Positions 48,262 to 60,300 of a stretch of 64,000 nt of DNA are shown piece by piece. The notes beneath the pieces were generated by a model, which had not been told where the DNA came from, did not search any database, and worked only from the letters and a program-made list of their open reading frames with translations. The translations under genes and the position numbers were made by a program. Source of the DNA: an uncultured virus (IMG/VR IMGVR_UViG_3300020151_001403) (taxonomy: Duplodnaviria; Heunggongvirae; Uroviricota; Caudoviricetes); IMG/VR virus record IMGVR_UViG_3300020151_001403; one strand, 5' to 3'. Within the stretch, counting starts at the first letter, position 1. Every line of letters starts with the position of its first letter.

Positions 48262-50094
48262 ATGGCAAAAAAAATATCATACGCAACAAGAGATTTTGCG
48301 GGATTAAGACAAGAATTAGTAAACTTAACAAAAGAATATTATCCTGATTTAGTTAAAAATACTAACGACGCATCAATATTCTCAGTATTGTTGGATTTAA
48401 ATGCTGCCGTTTCAGATAACTTACACTTTCATATTGATAGAGTTTGGCAAGAAACGATGTTGGATTTCGCACAACAAAGACAATCATTATTTCATATTGC
48501 CAAAACATATGGAATTAAAATACCGGGTAATAGACCCTCAGTTTCATTATGTGATTTTTCAATAAATGTACCTGTTAGAGGTGATAAAGAAGATGAAAGA
48601 TATTTGGGTACATTAAAGTCAGGAGCTCAAGTATCGGGTGGAGGTCAAATATTTGAAACAATTGAAGATATAGATTTCTCAAGTCCGTTTAATAGTGCAG
48701 GAGAACCAAACAGATTAAAGATACCAAATTTTGACACTAACAATACTTTAATATCATATACAATTACTAAAAGAGATGCGGTAGCAAATGGTGTTACAAG
48801 AATCTTTAGAAGAGTGATTACAGAATTAGACCAAAAACCGTTTTTAAAATTATTTTTACCTGAACAAGATATCTTGGGTGTTACATCCGTAATTCATAAA
48901 GAAGGTACTACATTCGGGGCTAACCCAACCACTTCAGAATTTGAATCTACCACCAATAAATGGTATGAAGTTAAATCATTAATTGAAGATAAAATATTCC
49001 AACCTGACCCAACATCTGTTTCAGACAAAGACAATTTTAAAGCTGGTGCATATGTATCGGTTAAAAATAAGTTTATCACAGAATACACACCTGAAAGTTA
49101 TTTTTCATTGACATTTGGTTCGGGTACTGTTGACCCTTTAGACAATCTTGATAATTACATTAATGGTTCAATGAAAGTTAATTTAGGAACATACCTAAAT
49201 AACACATCAATGGGTGCAATACCAAAGGCTAATACCACATTATTTGTAAAATATAGAATTGGTGGTGGTAAAGATTCTAATTTAGGTGTTAATGTCATTA
49301 CAAATGTGGACAATGTAGAATTCAATGTTAATGGACCACTTTCTAATGTGAATTCACAAGTACAACAATCACTTAGAGTCACTAACATTACACCCGCAGT
49401 TGGTGGTTCCGACCAACCAACTATAGAAGAATTGAGGAATATGGTTGCGTATAATTTTTCCGCACAAAATAGAGCGGTCACACTAAATGACTATAAATCT
49501 ATGATTGAAAACATGCCATCTACATTTGGTGCACCCGCAAAAGTAAATGTAATGGAGGAAGATAATAAAATTAGAGTTAAATTACTTTCATATGATGAAG
49601 ATGGTAATTTAAGTGATACGGTTTCAACCACATTAAAAAATAATATCATTAATTATCTTTCAGAGTATAGAATGATAAATGATTATATTGATATCACTAG
49701 TGGTGAAGTTATTGATTTAGGATTAGAAATAGATTTAACTGTTGATAAAAACAGCTCAGCCACTGAAATTGTGAAAACTGTAATTGAAGATGTTACATCT
49801 TTCTTCTTAATTGAGAAACGTAAAATGGGTGACCCACTATTTGTTGGTAATCTTATGAAAGAAATAGGTGATGTTTCGGGAGTTGTAAATGTGATTGATG
49901 TAAGGGTTTATAATAAAGTTGGTGGAGATTATTCATCATATCAAGTATCACAAACATATAAGGATGTTGTAAATAAAGAAATTCAGCAATCTGATAGAAC
50001 AATTTTTATGAAATCTAATCAAATCTTCCAAGTTAGATTTCCAAGTGTGGATGTAAAGGTAAGATTAAGAACTTTAGGAACGACTACATTTTAA
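48262..50094 (+). CDS. Baseplate wedge protein (gp6/J-like)
   Basis: RDFAGLRQEL, YRIGGG, AVGGSD, AQNRAVTLNDY. Confidence 0.88.
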   Translation: MAKKISYATRDFAGLRQELVNLTKEYYPDLVKNTNDASIFSVLLDLNAAVSDNLHFHIDRVWQETMLDFAQQRQSLFHIAKTYGIKIPGNRPSVSLCDFSINVPVRGDKEDERYLGTLKSGAQVSGGGQIFETIEDIDFSSPFNSAGEPNRLKIPNFDTNNTLISYTITKRDAVANGVTRIFRRVITELDQKPFLKLFLPEQDILGVTSVIHKEGTTFGANPTTSEFESTTNKWYEVKSLIEDKIFQPDPTSVSDKDNFKAGAYVSVKNKFITEYTPESYFSLTFGSGTVDPLDNLDNYINGSMKVNLGTYLNNTSMGAIPKANTTLFVKYRIGGGKDSNLGVNVITNVDNVEFNVNGPLSNVNSQVQQSLRVTNITPAVGGSDQPTIEELRNMVAYNFSAQNRAVTLNDYKSMIENMPSTFGAPAKVNVMEEDNKIRVKLLSYDEDGNLSDTVSTTLKNNIINYLSEYRMINDYIDITSGEVIDLGLEIDLTVDKNSSATEIVKTVIEDVTSFFLIEKRKMGDPLFVGNLMKEIGDVSGVVNVIDVRVYNKVGGDYSSYQVSQTYKDVVNKEIQQSDRTIFMKSNQIFQVRFPSVDVKVRLRTLGTTTF

Positions 50095-50147
50095 AATGTT
50101 TTTTCTTTATAATAATAGAAAATCATTAGCTTTCTATTTATTATAGT

Positions 50148-53100
50148 ATGATACAAAAACATCGGATTTCAACCAATATTGGGGAAGACCAAAAAATTAC
50201 TGTTGAACTAAAACAGGATTACGATTTTCTTGAGATTTTATCATTAAAATTTACTCAAAAAGAAGCGTATACTTCATTATGTGCAGATTATGGTGTTGTT
50301 TGTGGTAGAATTACTGCTAATAATGGATTGGGAGTACCCAACGCAAGAATATCAATATTTGTACCACAAAACGATATTGATGTAAACGACCCCGTAATAT
50401 CTACACTATATCCATACACATCAACCACAGATAAAGACGAGAACAATTATCGTTATAATTTATTACCATCAAGAAAACAACATGGTGGACATGTACCAAC
50501 CGGCACATTCTTTGACCAAACAGATATATTAACAAGAGAAGAAGTTTTAGAAGTTTATGAAAATTATTATTCATATACAGTAAAAACAAATAGTTCGGGT
50601 GATTTTATGATTTGGGGAGTCCCACTTGGGCAACAAAAAATCCACGTAGATGTTGATTTATCGGACATGGGGTGTTTTTCAATCAGACCATACGATTTTA
50701 TAAGACAAGGTGTTGATGAGAAAAAATTTGACCGTTTTTATAACTTTAAATCTGATAGTGATATTGATGGATTAGAACAAATTGTAAAGTTTGAAAAAAC
50801 AATTGAGGTTTACCCATTTTGGGGTAATGTTGATTTATGTGAAATTGGGATTACAAGAACGGATTTTGATTTATCTGAAACAGGAATTAAAATTGAACCA
50901 ATATCATTATTACTTTTATCGTCAATAACAGATTCTAATTCCGACGCAATTAAAAGAACGGGTGTGATAAGAATCGGTAGTGGTTATAAATGTAATTTAC
51001 AAACTGGTCCAGGTAGAATTGAGGGTGTTAGATATACGGGTAAAAAAGTAATAGGTTCCGACGGAATATCTACATATCCTGAATTGGAATATTTTACACC
51101 TGGAGTTATTGAGGATGACGGGACTGCAATGGCCATATTACCAATGAATTTAGAATATACATATACTAATGAATTTGGTGAACAAGAAATCACAAATGAC
51201 TCAAATAAAGGTATTGCGACAACTGCGGTTGCAAGATTTAGAGTAACCTTATCACAAGGAGAAGAGAATCCTACAAAAGGTACATCACCTGCAAGTTATT
51301 TAATTCCAAATATTCGTGAATTTAATCGATATAGTGGTGGGGGTAATGGAGGTACAATTTACGGAACAACAAATAGTTCATATTCGGGGGAATATAGTGA
51401 ATCGTTAATATCTACTTATTCATTTTCAAATGTCTTTGAAGATTACTTTAATGTGTTAGTACCAACAGGTGTCACATTGGAATCAATGACATTGACCGAA
51501 AAAAATCACAAAAGAGATTTAATGTTAGGTACTGACAATGATGGAGTACCTGAGGATTATTTTTATAAATTTATATACGGAAAAGTATATACACCTACAT
51601 CATTTCAAGGTTCACATTATGAAGTATCGGCGGTTGAATCTATTTTAGGATTATCAAGAAGAGATGCATTTTTAGGTATAAAACAAATCAGACCAAGTTC
51701 TGAAGATGATTGTTCGGGGACAACTAACTATGTACCAACAAATTTTGCATTTAGAAATAGAATTAAATTTTCATTATTGATTGCCGAAATTTTATTATTT
51801 GTACAATACATTTATGCGGTAGTAATAATTTGGGCATATGAAACACTTGGTTCAGCACTATGGTCTGCTGGTCGAGCATTGATGCGCATTGATATTATAT
51901 TTATTGGACACGCACTTGCGGACTTTGCAAGAGATAACCTTTTGAAATGGGGAATGAGAATTATGGAGGGTGGTCAAACGGTTTTACCATTAACTACTTA
52001 TCCGGATTGTGATGAATGTACTGTAGATGTTGAAAATTCAGAACCATCACAAGGTCGTAATTTAGATTTATATTGTAGAAGTGCCGAAATAAAATTAAGA
52101 GTTGTACCATATGATGGTTACATATATCTTCTTTTTGACAGTAAGAATGGTTCGTGGTTGAATAGTAGTACAGTTACAGGGTCAACATTTTTACCGTCAT
52201 TATTCCCAAATGAGGCGGCAAAAGAATCGTGCGCAACAGGTATAACAGTTAGTCAATTATCAACATTACACAATAGTACAATACCAACGTATCCCAGTGA
52301 TTCAAATTCAAGATACGTAGGAAAAATTTATCCTTTGGTTGGTACAAATGAATCAACAGATACATTTTCCGATATGTATGTTGCATTAAGTTCAACATAC
52401 GCACAAAGTGAACTACGAACATATTTCCAAACAGTTTCAATAACAACACCAACAAATGGAGGTAGTTCCATTCGAATGACTGCAGATTCTAATTCAGTTA
52501 CCGCAACTTATGTAGATATAAGTGGTGGAGCCATTTTAACCACCGAAAATATTACAGTGAGTGCATTATTAAAAGATAATTGTACTCAAAATTACCGAAC
52601 TGTTGATTTAATAATTTTAAAAGGGTCAAGTACTGCAAGTGCCACAATACAAATGATTGATTGTAATGGAAGTACTGTATTAGAAACATATGAAAGAGTT
52701 TCGGCAATATCCCCAACAAAATATAGAGAGTTTAATACTGACACTTCCTCGTCTCAGTTTTATACTAACCAATTGGCATTAAAAATATCTTATAGTTATT
52801 GGGCACTATATGGTGGTAACAATTATGCCGATGGTGGAATTGAAGATATCAGAGACCTTTATGCGGTATTAAGAATTTATGATAGAAATAATCTTAAAGA
52901 TACCACACCCGCCGAATTAGAAATAGAACAAGGTTGTGCAAAATATGATAAATTCTATGATGAATCTGGTAATTTATACACATACCTTTGGGGTAGAACC
53001 TCAGATTACGGAACAACAACATATCCATCAAATCAAGGTAATGGTCAAATAGATATGTTAGAAGATTGGGGGGGAAGATATAGAAAAAATTACAATTATG

Positions 53101-54722
53101 GTATACCATATTATCCGGGTAGTCCATATAGAGAATCTTTAACAAGCCCCGGTTCTAACTACACGATTTTGGCGGCAATTGCCGGACAATCTGATACTTT
53201 AAGATTACCAAATATCGCATCACTTGCTGGTGGACCGATTTATAGTTACAATAAAAAAACAAAATCTGGTTTAACGGAAATAAGAGATGGGGTTTTTACT
53301 ATCGTACCGGTAATTGAAGGAAGGTCAAGAAATAATTCCGTTATTAAAGAATGGTATAAGAGAAAAAGAGTTGGTTTATTTTTCTGTGGGGGAATTCTAA
53401 ATTATTCATTTATAGACAATTGGTTAAATGGTATTTTATATTTTTTTAAGTTTGATTATAGAATTAAATGGGATAACGTAGACGAATTAGATTTAAATCA
53501 AAGAGGAAGTAAATTTCCAAGAGAATTAATATTTTTTAATGTTTTAGAACAAAAATTCTATTATAGAAGTACACCATACAACCCTACCACAAAAACGTTT
53601 GTTGGTCAAAGTTATTCGGGGTATAAAGAACTACTTCATCCAACCACATTATATGATGTGGGGGTTAGAGATGAGTTTTTATATGAGATATGTTATGACC
53701 CCAAAGTTGACCCGAATTGTTCAGTTGTTAGAGATATTTCTGTTAGTTCATACCAAGACCCTGGTGGTGTTATGGAACACGCCATAAATTATAGAATGGA
53801 TGCTTCAAATTCAAAATTCGATGTGTCTGATTTTTTTAATGATAATACGGGATATAATTTCGGTAAAGTATTAGATGGTGACATCACTCAATTAATGTCA
53901 ATTAACAATGAAGTTGGTATTGAGGCATTTGATTTGGATACGTCAAAATATTTCATGTTTAATGGTGAATATTTGGACCCTGAAAATGAACTTTATTCTG
54001 AATATTTTAAGAAAAACGGTGATTTTGGTCCAACACCAATTGATTTTAAAATGGATGACAATGGTAGATTTGTCAGACTGTGTTTAAATAATAGATTGGG
54101 TGACTATACTCAAAAAGTTCCGTTCTTCTTATGGGATAAAAAGGGTACAGGATTTGGAGCTGGCGGTACTAATTCCGATAAACAATCTTGGGATAGAACA
54201 AAAATTGCTGTGCAACCATTACAACGCATAGTATCAACTTCAGGTATAACATTTTCCGGACAATATTATACTGGCGATACAACAAATTACATATTTCCTG
54301 ACGGTGAAGAGGAATACATGTTAATGCCAATGACAGTAAATCACGGTTTGTTTTCATTTGAAGGAAATTATGTGGATATGGTGGATAGATTTGATGTAAT
54401 TAAAATGAACACGGCACCAAATATACCTGCATCAGGTTTTACTGAAGGTGATTTATGGTTAAGTGTTACTAACGGTACAGTTTCCCAACCTCAACTTGGT
54501 AACATCTATGTAATATCGGGTGGCACGTGGAACGGACCTATACCATATGAACAAAATAATAAGGAAATGTTTATATTCCCTACAGCTCAAAACTACAGTG
54601 GTAACAAACAAGTACTGTCAACAGGATTCCAATTTTATTTTGGTTTAAGACCGGGTAATTCATCATTAGATAGATTAATAAAATATTATGGACCAAAAGG
54701 TGCATTTCCACCAGCTGAATAA
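50148..54722 (+). CDS. Very large putative virion/baseplate-associated protein
   Basis: GVVCGRI...GVPNARISIF...TNSSGDFMIWGVPLG N-terminal domain; internal hydrophobic segment. Confidence 0.6.
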   Translation: MIQKHRISTNIGEDQKITVELKQDYDFLEILSLKFTQKEAYTSLCADYGVVCGRITANNGLGVPNARISIFVPQNDIDVNDPVISTLYPYTSTTDKDENNYRYNLLPSRKQHGGHVPTGTFFDQTDILTREEVLEVYENYYSYTVKTNSSGDFMIWGVPLGQQKIHVDVDLSDMGCFSIRPYDFIRQGVDEKKFDRFYNFKSDSDIDGLEQIVKFEKTIEVYPFWGNVDLCEIGITRTDFDLSETGIKIEPISLLLLSSITDSNSDAIKRTGVIRIGSGYKCNLQTGPGRIEGVRYTGKKVIGSDGISTYPELEYFTPGVIEDDGTAMAILPMNLEYTYTNEFGEQEITNDSNKGIATTAVARFRVTLSQGEENPTKGTSPASYLIPNIREFNRYSGGGNGGTIYGTTNSSYSGEYSESLISTYSFSNVFEDYFNVLVPTGVTLESMTLTEKNHKRDLMLGTDNDGVPEDYFYKFIYGKVYTPTSFQGSHYEVSAVESILGLSRRDAFLGIKQIRPSSEDDCSGTTNYVPTNFAFRNRIKFSLLIAEILLFVQYIYAVVIIWAYETLGSALWSAGRALMRIDIIFIGHALADFARDNLLKWGMRIMEGGQTVLPLTTYPDCDECTVDVENSEPSQGRNLDLYCRSAEIKLRVVPYDGYIYLLFDSKNGSWLNSSTVTGSTFLPSLFPNEAAKESCATGITVSQLSTLHNSTIPTYPSDSNSRYVGKIYPLVGTNESTDTFSDMYVALSSTYAQSELRTYFQTVSITTPTNGGSSIRMTADSNSVTATYVDISGGAILTTENITVSALLKDNCTQNYRTVDLIILKGSSTASATIQMIDCNGSTVLETYERVSAISPTKYREFNTDTSSSQFYTNQLALKISYSYWALYGGNNYADGGIEDIRDLYAVLRIYDRNNLKDTTPAELEIEQGCAKYDKFYDESGNLYTYLWGRTSDYGTTTYPSNQGNGQIDMLEDWGGRYRKNYNYGIPYYPGSPYRESLTSPGSNYTILAAIAGQSDTLRLPNIASLAGGPIYSYNKKTKSGLTEIRDGVFTIVPVIEGRSRNNSVIKEWYKRKRVGLFFCGGILNYSFIDNWLNGILYFFKFDYRIKWDNVDELDLNQRGSKFPRELIFFNVLEQKFYYRSTPYNPTTKTFVGQSYSGYKELLHPTTLYDVGVRDEFLYEICYDPKVDPNCSVVRDISVSSYQDPGGVMEHAINYRMDASNSKFDVSDFFNDNTGYNFGKVLDGDITQLMSINNEVGIEAFDLDTSKYFMFNGEYLDPENELYSEYFKKNGDFGPTPIDFKMDDNGRFVRLCLNNRLGDYTQKVPFFLWDKKGTGFGAGGTNSDKQSWDRTKIAVQPLQRIVSTSGITFSGQYYTGDTTNYIFPDGEEEYMLMPMTVNHGLFSFEGNYVDMVDRFDVIKMNTAPNIPASGFTEGDLWLSVTNGTVSQPQLGNIYVISGGTWNGPIPYEQNNKEMFIFPTAQNYSGNKQVLSTGFQFYFGLRPGNSSLDRLIKYYGPKGAFPPAE

Positions 54723-56491
54723 TGGAAGAAAATAAGGAAATACTATTACCTAGTAAAAGGTTTAAAAAGGCGGAAGAAGAAGATTTATCATTAAAACTAA
54801 ATCTTGATACAACACAATCACTTTTAAGGATTGGTGAGAGAGATATTGTGTTGGATATTGCTAAATTGTATAATGATGAAAGAAATAGAAGTGTAAATTA
54901 TAAAATATACGGTAAAATGAAGATGATTTTCCGTAATATGTATAGTGGTGCAACATCATATCCACCCTTAGAAGAGAGACTTTATTTATCGGGCGATGGA
55001 AGTGATGAAAATTACACGGGATTTCTTCCATATGACGAGTTTGCATTCTTAAGAAGGGATTTGTATAGAGAAGTGAATAATCCTTCAACAGGTACAACGG
55101 GAAACACATTGGGAACCTATACACCAACAATAACAACTACAGGTTCACAATCACATAGAACAATTACACCAATTACCGCACCGTATCATAATTGGAACTT
55201 ATATTTAAGTTATGTTTTTAGTGGTGATACCACATACCCAATGACATATTCATTATCTGGTTCAACAAGTAGTGAATGTAATAACGGATTTAATTATTGT
55301 TTTACGGCCGCGGATGGTATACCATTTAGAGTTACAGATAATGGTAAATCTTATAAATTAATAAGTCCGGTCCCACACGGAATGAGTGAGGGAGAATATA
55401 TTGTTTTATCGGGGGGTACTGTTTACATTAGTAGTGTTGGTGATGAAACATACGATTCTGAAAATTATGTAATTAATCTATATAAATCTGAATTTGAAGT
55501 TGGTGATACGTTAAGTGGAGTTGTTTTAGGAAAAAGATGTTTAGATATTAATAATATTTCAGATACTGTTTCAACATATTACGTTCATAAACATAAAACA
55601 TTGACAGATGTCAATGATTATATATTAGATAATGTAGGATTTGAATCACCAATATTTGAGGATGAGAAGAAAATATTATTTGAAAATAGTGCGGGTGTTA
55701 ATGATGTGGTTGTAGAAAGAAATAGAATGGAATCAGTTTTATTTGATTTTAAAGAACCATTAATATTATCGGGATTAACAAATAATTTAGGATACACACC
55801 AACCGAAGTTTTTTTAACAACAATTTTTAGAAACGGAAATGGATTTTTCAATTATCCACCTAAAAATGGTTATAAATTTAATTTCCATAATGAATGGATG
55901 GACGCTCATTTTGATGGTAATAGTAATTTAGAAACTAATATTACTAAAGATACATTTACAATATCAGGAATCACATTTAATAGTGGAAATGTAATACCTA
56001 TAGGTACAATATTAACAGGGGCATTTGTTGAATACAATAAAAAAGAATTAAAAGAAAGAATCATAAGTGAATCTTTTCATAAAATATCTAATCCAACTAC
56101 AATTTTTGATTTTGGTCAAACGGATAATACGGTCTATTCAGGTTCTACTGTAACTAATCCCCTTGGTTTATATTACCAAACACATCAAAGAATTAAATTG
56201 AGAGAATTATCACAATATATTGAGACCTCAAAGACTAACGATGTTTATAATTTACCTGAAAATACAAAATATGACGCAAATGAAAAAGTTTGGAGATGGA
56301 GAGATTTGTACGACCACGGTTATATAGATACTGATGGTTATGGAACTGATTTTCCATATGTTAATAATATCCATTATGTAAAAACCAATCTTAATTTTTA
56401 TTTAAGAAACGAACGATATTATACCAACAAACAAAACGGAATTAATAGTTTTAAAAATAAAATGAATATCGATAATAAATTAGATTGTTAA
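54722..56491 (+). CDS. Putative virion structural protein
   Basis: 589 aa, translationally coupled, rich in [ST]GxT. Confidence 0.6.
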   Translation: MEENKEILLPSKRFKKAEEEDLSLKLNLDTTQSLLRIGERDIVLDIAKLYNDERNRSVNYKIYGKMKMIFRNMYSGATSYPPLEERLYLSGDGSDENYTGFLPYDEFAFLRRDLYREVNNPSTGTTGNTLGTYTPTITTTGSQSHRTITPITAPYHNWNLYLSYVFSGDTTYPMTYSLSGSTSSECNNGFNYCFTAADGIPFRVTDNGKSYKLISPVPHGMSEGEYIVLSGGTVYISSVGDETYDSENYVINLYKSEFEVGDTLSGVVLGKRCLDINNISDTVSTYYVHKHKTLTDVNDYILDNVGFESPIFEDEKKILFENSAGVNDVVVERNRMESVLFDFKEPLILSGLTNNLGYTPTEVFLTTIFRNGNGFFNYPPKNGYKFNFHNEWMDAHFDGNSNLETNITKDTFTISGITFNSGNVIPIGTILTGAFVEYNKKELKERIISESFHKISNPTTIFDFGQTDNTVYSGSTVTNPLGLYYQTHQRIKLRELSQYIETSKTNDVYNLPENTKYDANEKVWRWRDLYDHGYIDTDGYGTDFPYVNNIHYVKTNLNFYLRNERYYTNKQNGINSFKNKMNIDNKLDC

Positions 56492-57330
56492 TGAAAATTT
56501 TACAAAAAACAGGTGATTATAACATAATCATTAATCAAGAAACGGATTTTCAAATGAATTTAGGTTGGGAAGAAAGTCTTGCTCAATTTGAAGAGGAGGT
56601 TTTAGAAGATATCATAAACCCAATCGATAATTATGAAACGGTGAGATATGTTCATTCACCATATAGTGGTATAACAGTAAACACAGGAGATACACAAACT
56701 GATATTTGGTACGATTTTAAATTTATCGATTCAACAAGCGGATACACTAACGGAACTGATTACACATTAGTAGGAATTACCGTTGATGAGAACGCTAAAA
56801 TGTTAAAACAATCGGCTGAAAGTTTTTTTAGGTTAGAATTTTTTAAAACACCACTAATATCAGGAACAACATATGAACCACCAACAAGGATTAATAGAAA
56901 ATTGGCTTTCGCTAAGAATTTATCGTTACCAATAGGTGAGAAGTATTTTTACACTCCAATCAATGATAATATACATGTTCCCGTTTTTATGGGTTCAAAT
57001 TACAAAAATAAGGAAAATATGTATATTTTTTGGTTTCAAGATGACACCGTTTTGAATGATTCCGTTTTAAGTGGAAACACTTTTTTTATGACTTCTAAAT
57101 TTTTTAATGCTAAAGATGGTACAATAATGGATTTCACAACTACGGGTTTAACAATAGACCAAGAAGTTGTTGAGTATAGGGATATGTACTATAAGGTTAA
57201 TATAAATAAAAACGACTATTCTTATAAAATATATAGATACACAGGAGGAACAACTACAGAAACAGATAGAGTGGGAAATATTAGTGGAGGTACTATAAAT
57301 AATGCGATTAAGTTTTACGAAAAACGATAG
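56485..57330 (+). CDS. Putative virion structural protein
   Basis: 281 aa (ATG alternative at 56491), rich in [ST]GxT. Confidence 0.6.
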   Translation: MLMKILQKTGDYNIIINQETDFQMNLGWEESLAQFEEEVLEDIINPIDNYETVRYVHSPYSGITVNTGDTQTDIWYDFKFIDSTSGYTNGTDYTLVGITVDENAKMLKQSAESFFRLEFFKTPLISGTTYEPPTRINRKLAFAKNLSLPIGEKYFYTPINDNIHVPVFMGSNYKNKENMYIFWFQDDTVLNDSVLSGNTFFMTSKFFNAKDGTIMDFTTTGLTIDQEVVEYRDMYYKVNINKNDYSYKIYRYTGGTTTETDRVGNISGGTINNAIKFYEKR

Positions 57331-57344
57331 TTATAGTAATATAG

Positions 57345-60300
57345 ATGAGAAAAAATAAGTACACCATTAGACGTAATCAAATACCAAATGTTAGACTGGT
57401 TTCATTAACCGGACAGACATGGTATGACTCTAATGATAATCTTATTTCATGGTCTGGCAACACAGGTAATCTACCAACTGGTTTCACACCAAGTAACGGA
57501 TATGTGGTTTATAATATTACAGGTGGCACTATTAATGGTGGTTATTACAAATGGGGAGTACCAACGGGAAACACATGGAATGCTATAACTGGTACAACAT
57601 CGTATATTAATTCACAAATTTATCCAACCAATCAACTACCACTTTATTTGGAGGCAACTTCTGATGAATATGGTTCAATGGTTGCTTTCGACGGTAACTT
57701 AGCTATCGAATCAAGTCAAACACAAATTAATGCCAACTTCACATATGAGGTGGATTGTAATACTGTAATCGTTACCAATACAACAAATCTAAATAATGTT
57801 AAAGGTTTAAATGACATTACATTTACAGTAAATTGGGGTGATGGAACAACATCACCTATCGGCGTTTATGGAGTTTGTACAGGTGTTGATTGTCATAAGG
57901 CAACAAAAATATATAGTTTAAACGGGTCAAAAAATATTAAAGTAACATTAGATGCTCCTTGGGTAAATAATGAATTAAGTAAGGCGGTTAATATTGATTG
58001 CCAAGTGTTCCCAACACCAACACCAACACCTACCGTTACACCTACATTATCTATTACCGCGACAAATACAAAAACACCTACAGCAACACCAACGATTACA
58101 CCAACAAATACAAATACACCAACTGTTACAAAAACGTCGACACCTACAACCACACCAACAAAGAGTATTACACCGACGGCAACTCCAACAACAACGATGG
58201 AGGCTACACCTACAATGACACCAAGTGTTACACCAACTGTATTGTGTGAATTTGATGTTAATATCGAAGTACTCGGAATTATTCCTGGTGAGGGATGTGA
58301 TTTTATTTACACGGGTGGATATTCTCAAACACCATTAGAATATATAATTGATTTAGGTAACAATGCTGGAACATTTAATTTCTATTATAGTGGTTTCACT
58401 ATTAACGATAGTTTCGATGTTTATTATCCAGTTGACACTTTATTAACTACGACATCAATTGTAAGTCAATCAAACATAACAACAGGTTCAACGGTATTCT
58501 ATGCTGATGGTACATCAAATTATGTGAGAGTTGTTGTTAATCAAGTAGATTCAGGAGATATTGAAACTTTATGGGCGTTTATGGTAACATGTATTGTGCC
58601 TCTATCACCTACCCCAACACCAACACATACCGCTACACCAACGATTACTCCAACAAAAACAAGTACAGTTACACCTACAAAAACACCTACAAAAACACCA
58701 ACACCAACAAGGACGGCCACCCCTACACATACACCAACACCAACAACTACACCAAATTATGTGTGTGGTGTGCCAATCAATGGTAGGTACATATATAACA
58801 CATCAGGAACAACTGAATATTTTGTTCATGGTATAACACAATCGGGAACTATTGCGTTTGAATATGAATCATACGATTTGGGTGATAGTTTTGAATTATT
58901 TTATGAGAATGTATCGTTAGGTGCACCAATTTCGGGTACGGGAATCACATATTTTACACTTAACTATAATAGTGATGATTTTGTAAAAGTTAGAGTTACT
59001 AATTTTGATTATGAAACCGTATATCGATTTACAGTATATTGTGTTAATGTACCGGGACCATCTAATACACCAACCCCCACACCTACTAAAACTGTTACAC
59101 CAACAGTTACACCGACAAACACAATCACACCAACAGTAACACCAACAAATACTATTACACCAACAAAAACAATTACACCCACCCCAACCAAAACAAATAC
59201 ACAAACACCAACAGTTACTAAAACAAACACACCTACACCATCTATTACAAGAAGCGCTACTCCAACACCTACAAATACAGGTACACCTGGTGTAACCCCA
59301 ACACCGACTAAGACAACAACGCCAACTATTACACCAACTAAAACTGTAACACCAACGGTAACCCCAACAAATACCGTAACACCAACAGTTACACCGACAA
59401 ATACAATAACACCAACAAATACACCTACAAATACAATAACACCAACAGTTACACCAACAATTACACCTACCAACACAATAACACCAACAAATAGTGTTAC
59501 ACCAACCAACACGCAAACTCAAACCCAAACAGTTACACCAACAAATACAATTACGCCAACTAATACTATAACACCTACCAATACAGTAACACCTACTAAC
59601 ACGCAAACTCAAACTCAAACAAATACACCTACTAATACAATAACACCAACCAACACTATAACCTCAACAGTTACCGTAACACCAACTAATACTATTACAC
59701 CAACAAATACTGGTACACCAACAAACACACCAACAAATACGCCTACAAATACTGGTACACCAACAAACACACCAACAAATACCTCCACACAAACACCAAC
59801 TCAGACTGAGAATTTTGTACCATCACAAACTCCAACAAATACCGTAACACCAACTAACACAATTACACCAACAAATACTGTAACACCAACAGTTACCGTA
59901 ACACCAACTAATACTATTACACCAACAGTTACACCAACAAATACAATTACGCCAACTAATACTATAACACCTACGACCACTAAAACAGCAACACCAACAC
60001 CGACGCCAACAAATCCTTGTGGACCATATAATTTAGATGTTTCATTATTATCAACTGATTGTTCATATAGTAGCGGTGACCCTAATGCACTATATTTGAA
60101 TGTATTCACAGTAGGTAGTTATCAAGTAAGATTGGTCGACACTTTAGGTATCAATACGACAGCATGGCAGACGGACAATAATTTCTTTGACGGTATACCT
60201 AATGGTACATATTATGCTCAAGTTAGAAGTACCGCAGCAAATCAGTGTACCGCAAATAGTAACGAATTCGAATTAGATTGTTTTGGAGAATTTATTATTA

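Noticed and set aside
20412..50094. Bacterial contractile injection system or tailocin
   Set aside because: Neck genes, a full replication module and a late sigma factor indicate a true phage genome
59060..60015. Tandem repeats as a possible CRISPR array or diversity-generating retroelement
   Set aside because: Repeats are in-frame, vary at third codon positions, have no unique spacers, and no cas or reverse transcriptase gene is present in the window
57893..60109. Val/Gly-rich, Cys/Trp-rich and Gln/His-rich ORFs in other frames and on the minus strand
   Set aside because: Shadow frames of the Thr-Pro repeats, which lack stop codons in alternative frames
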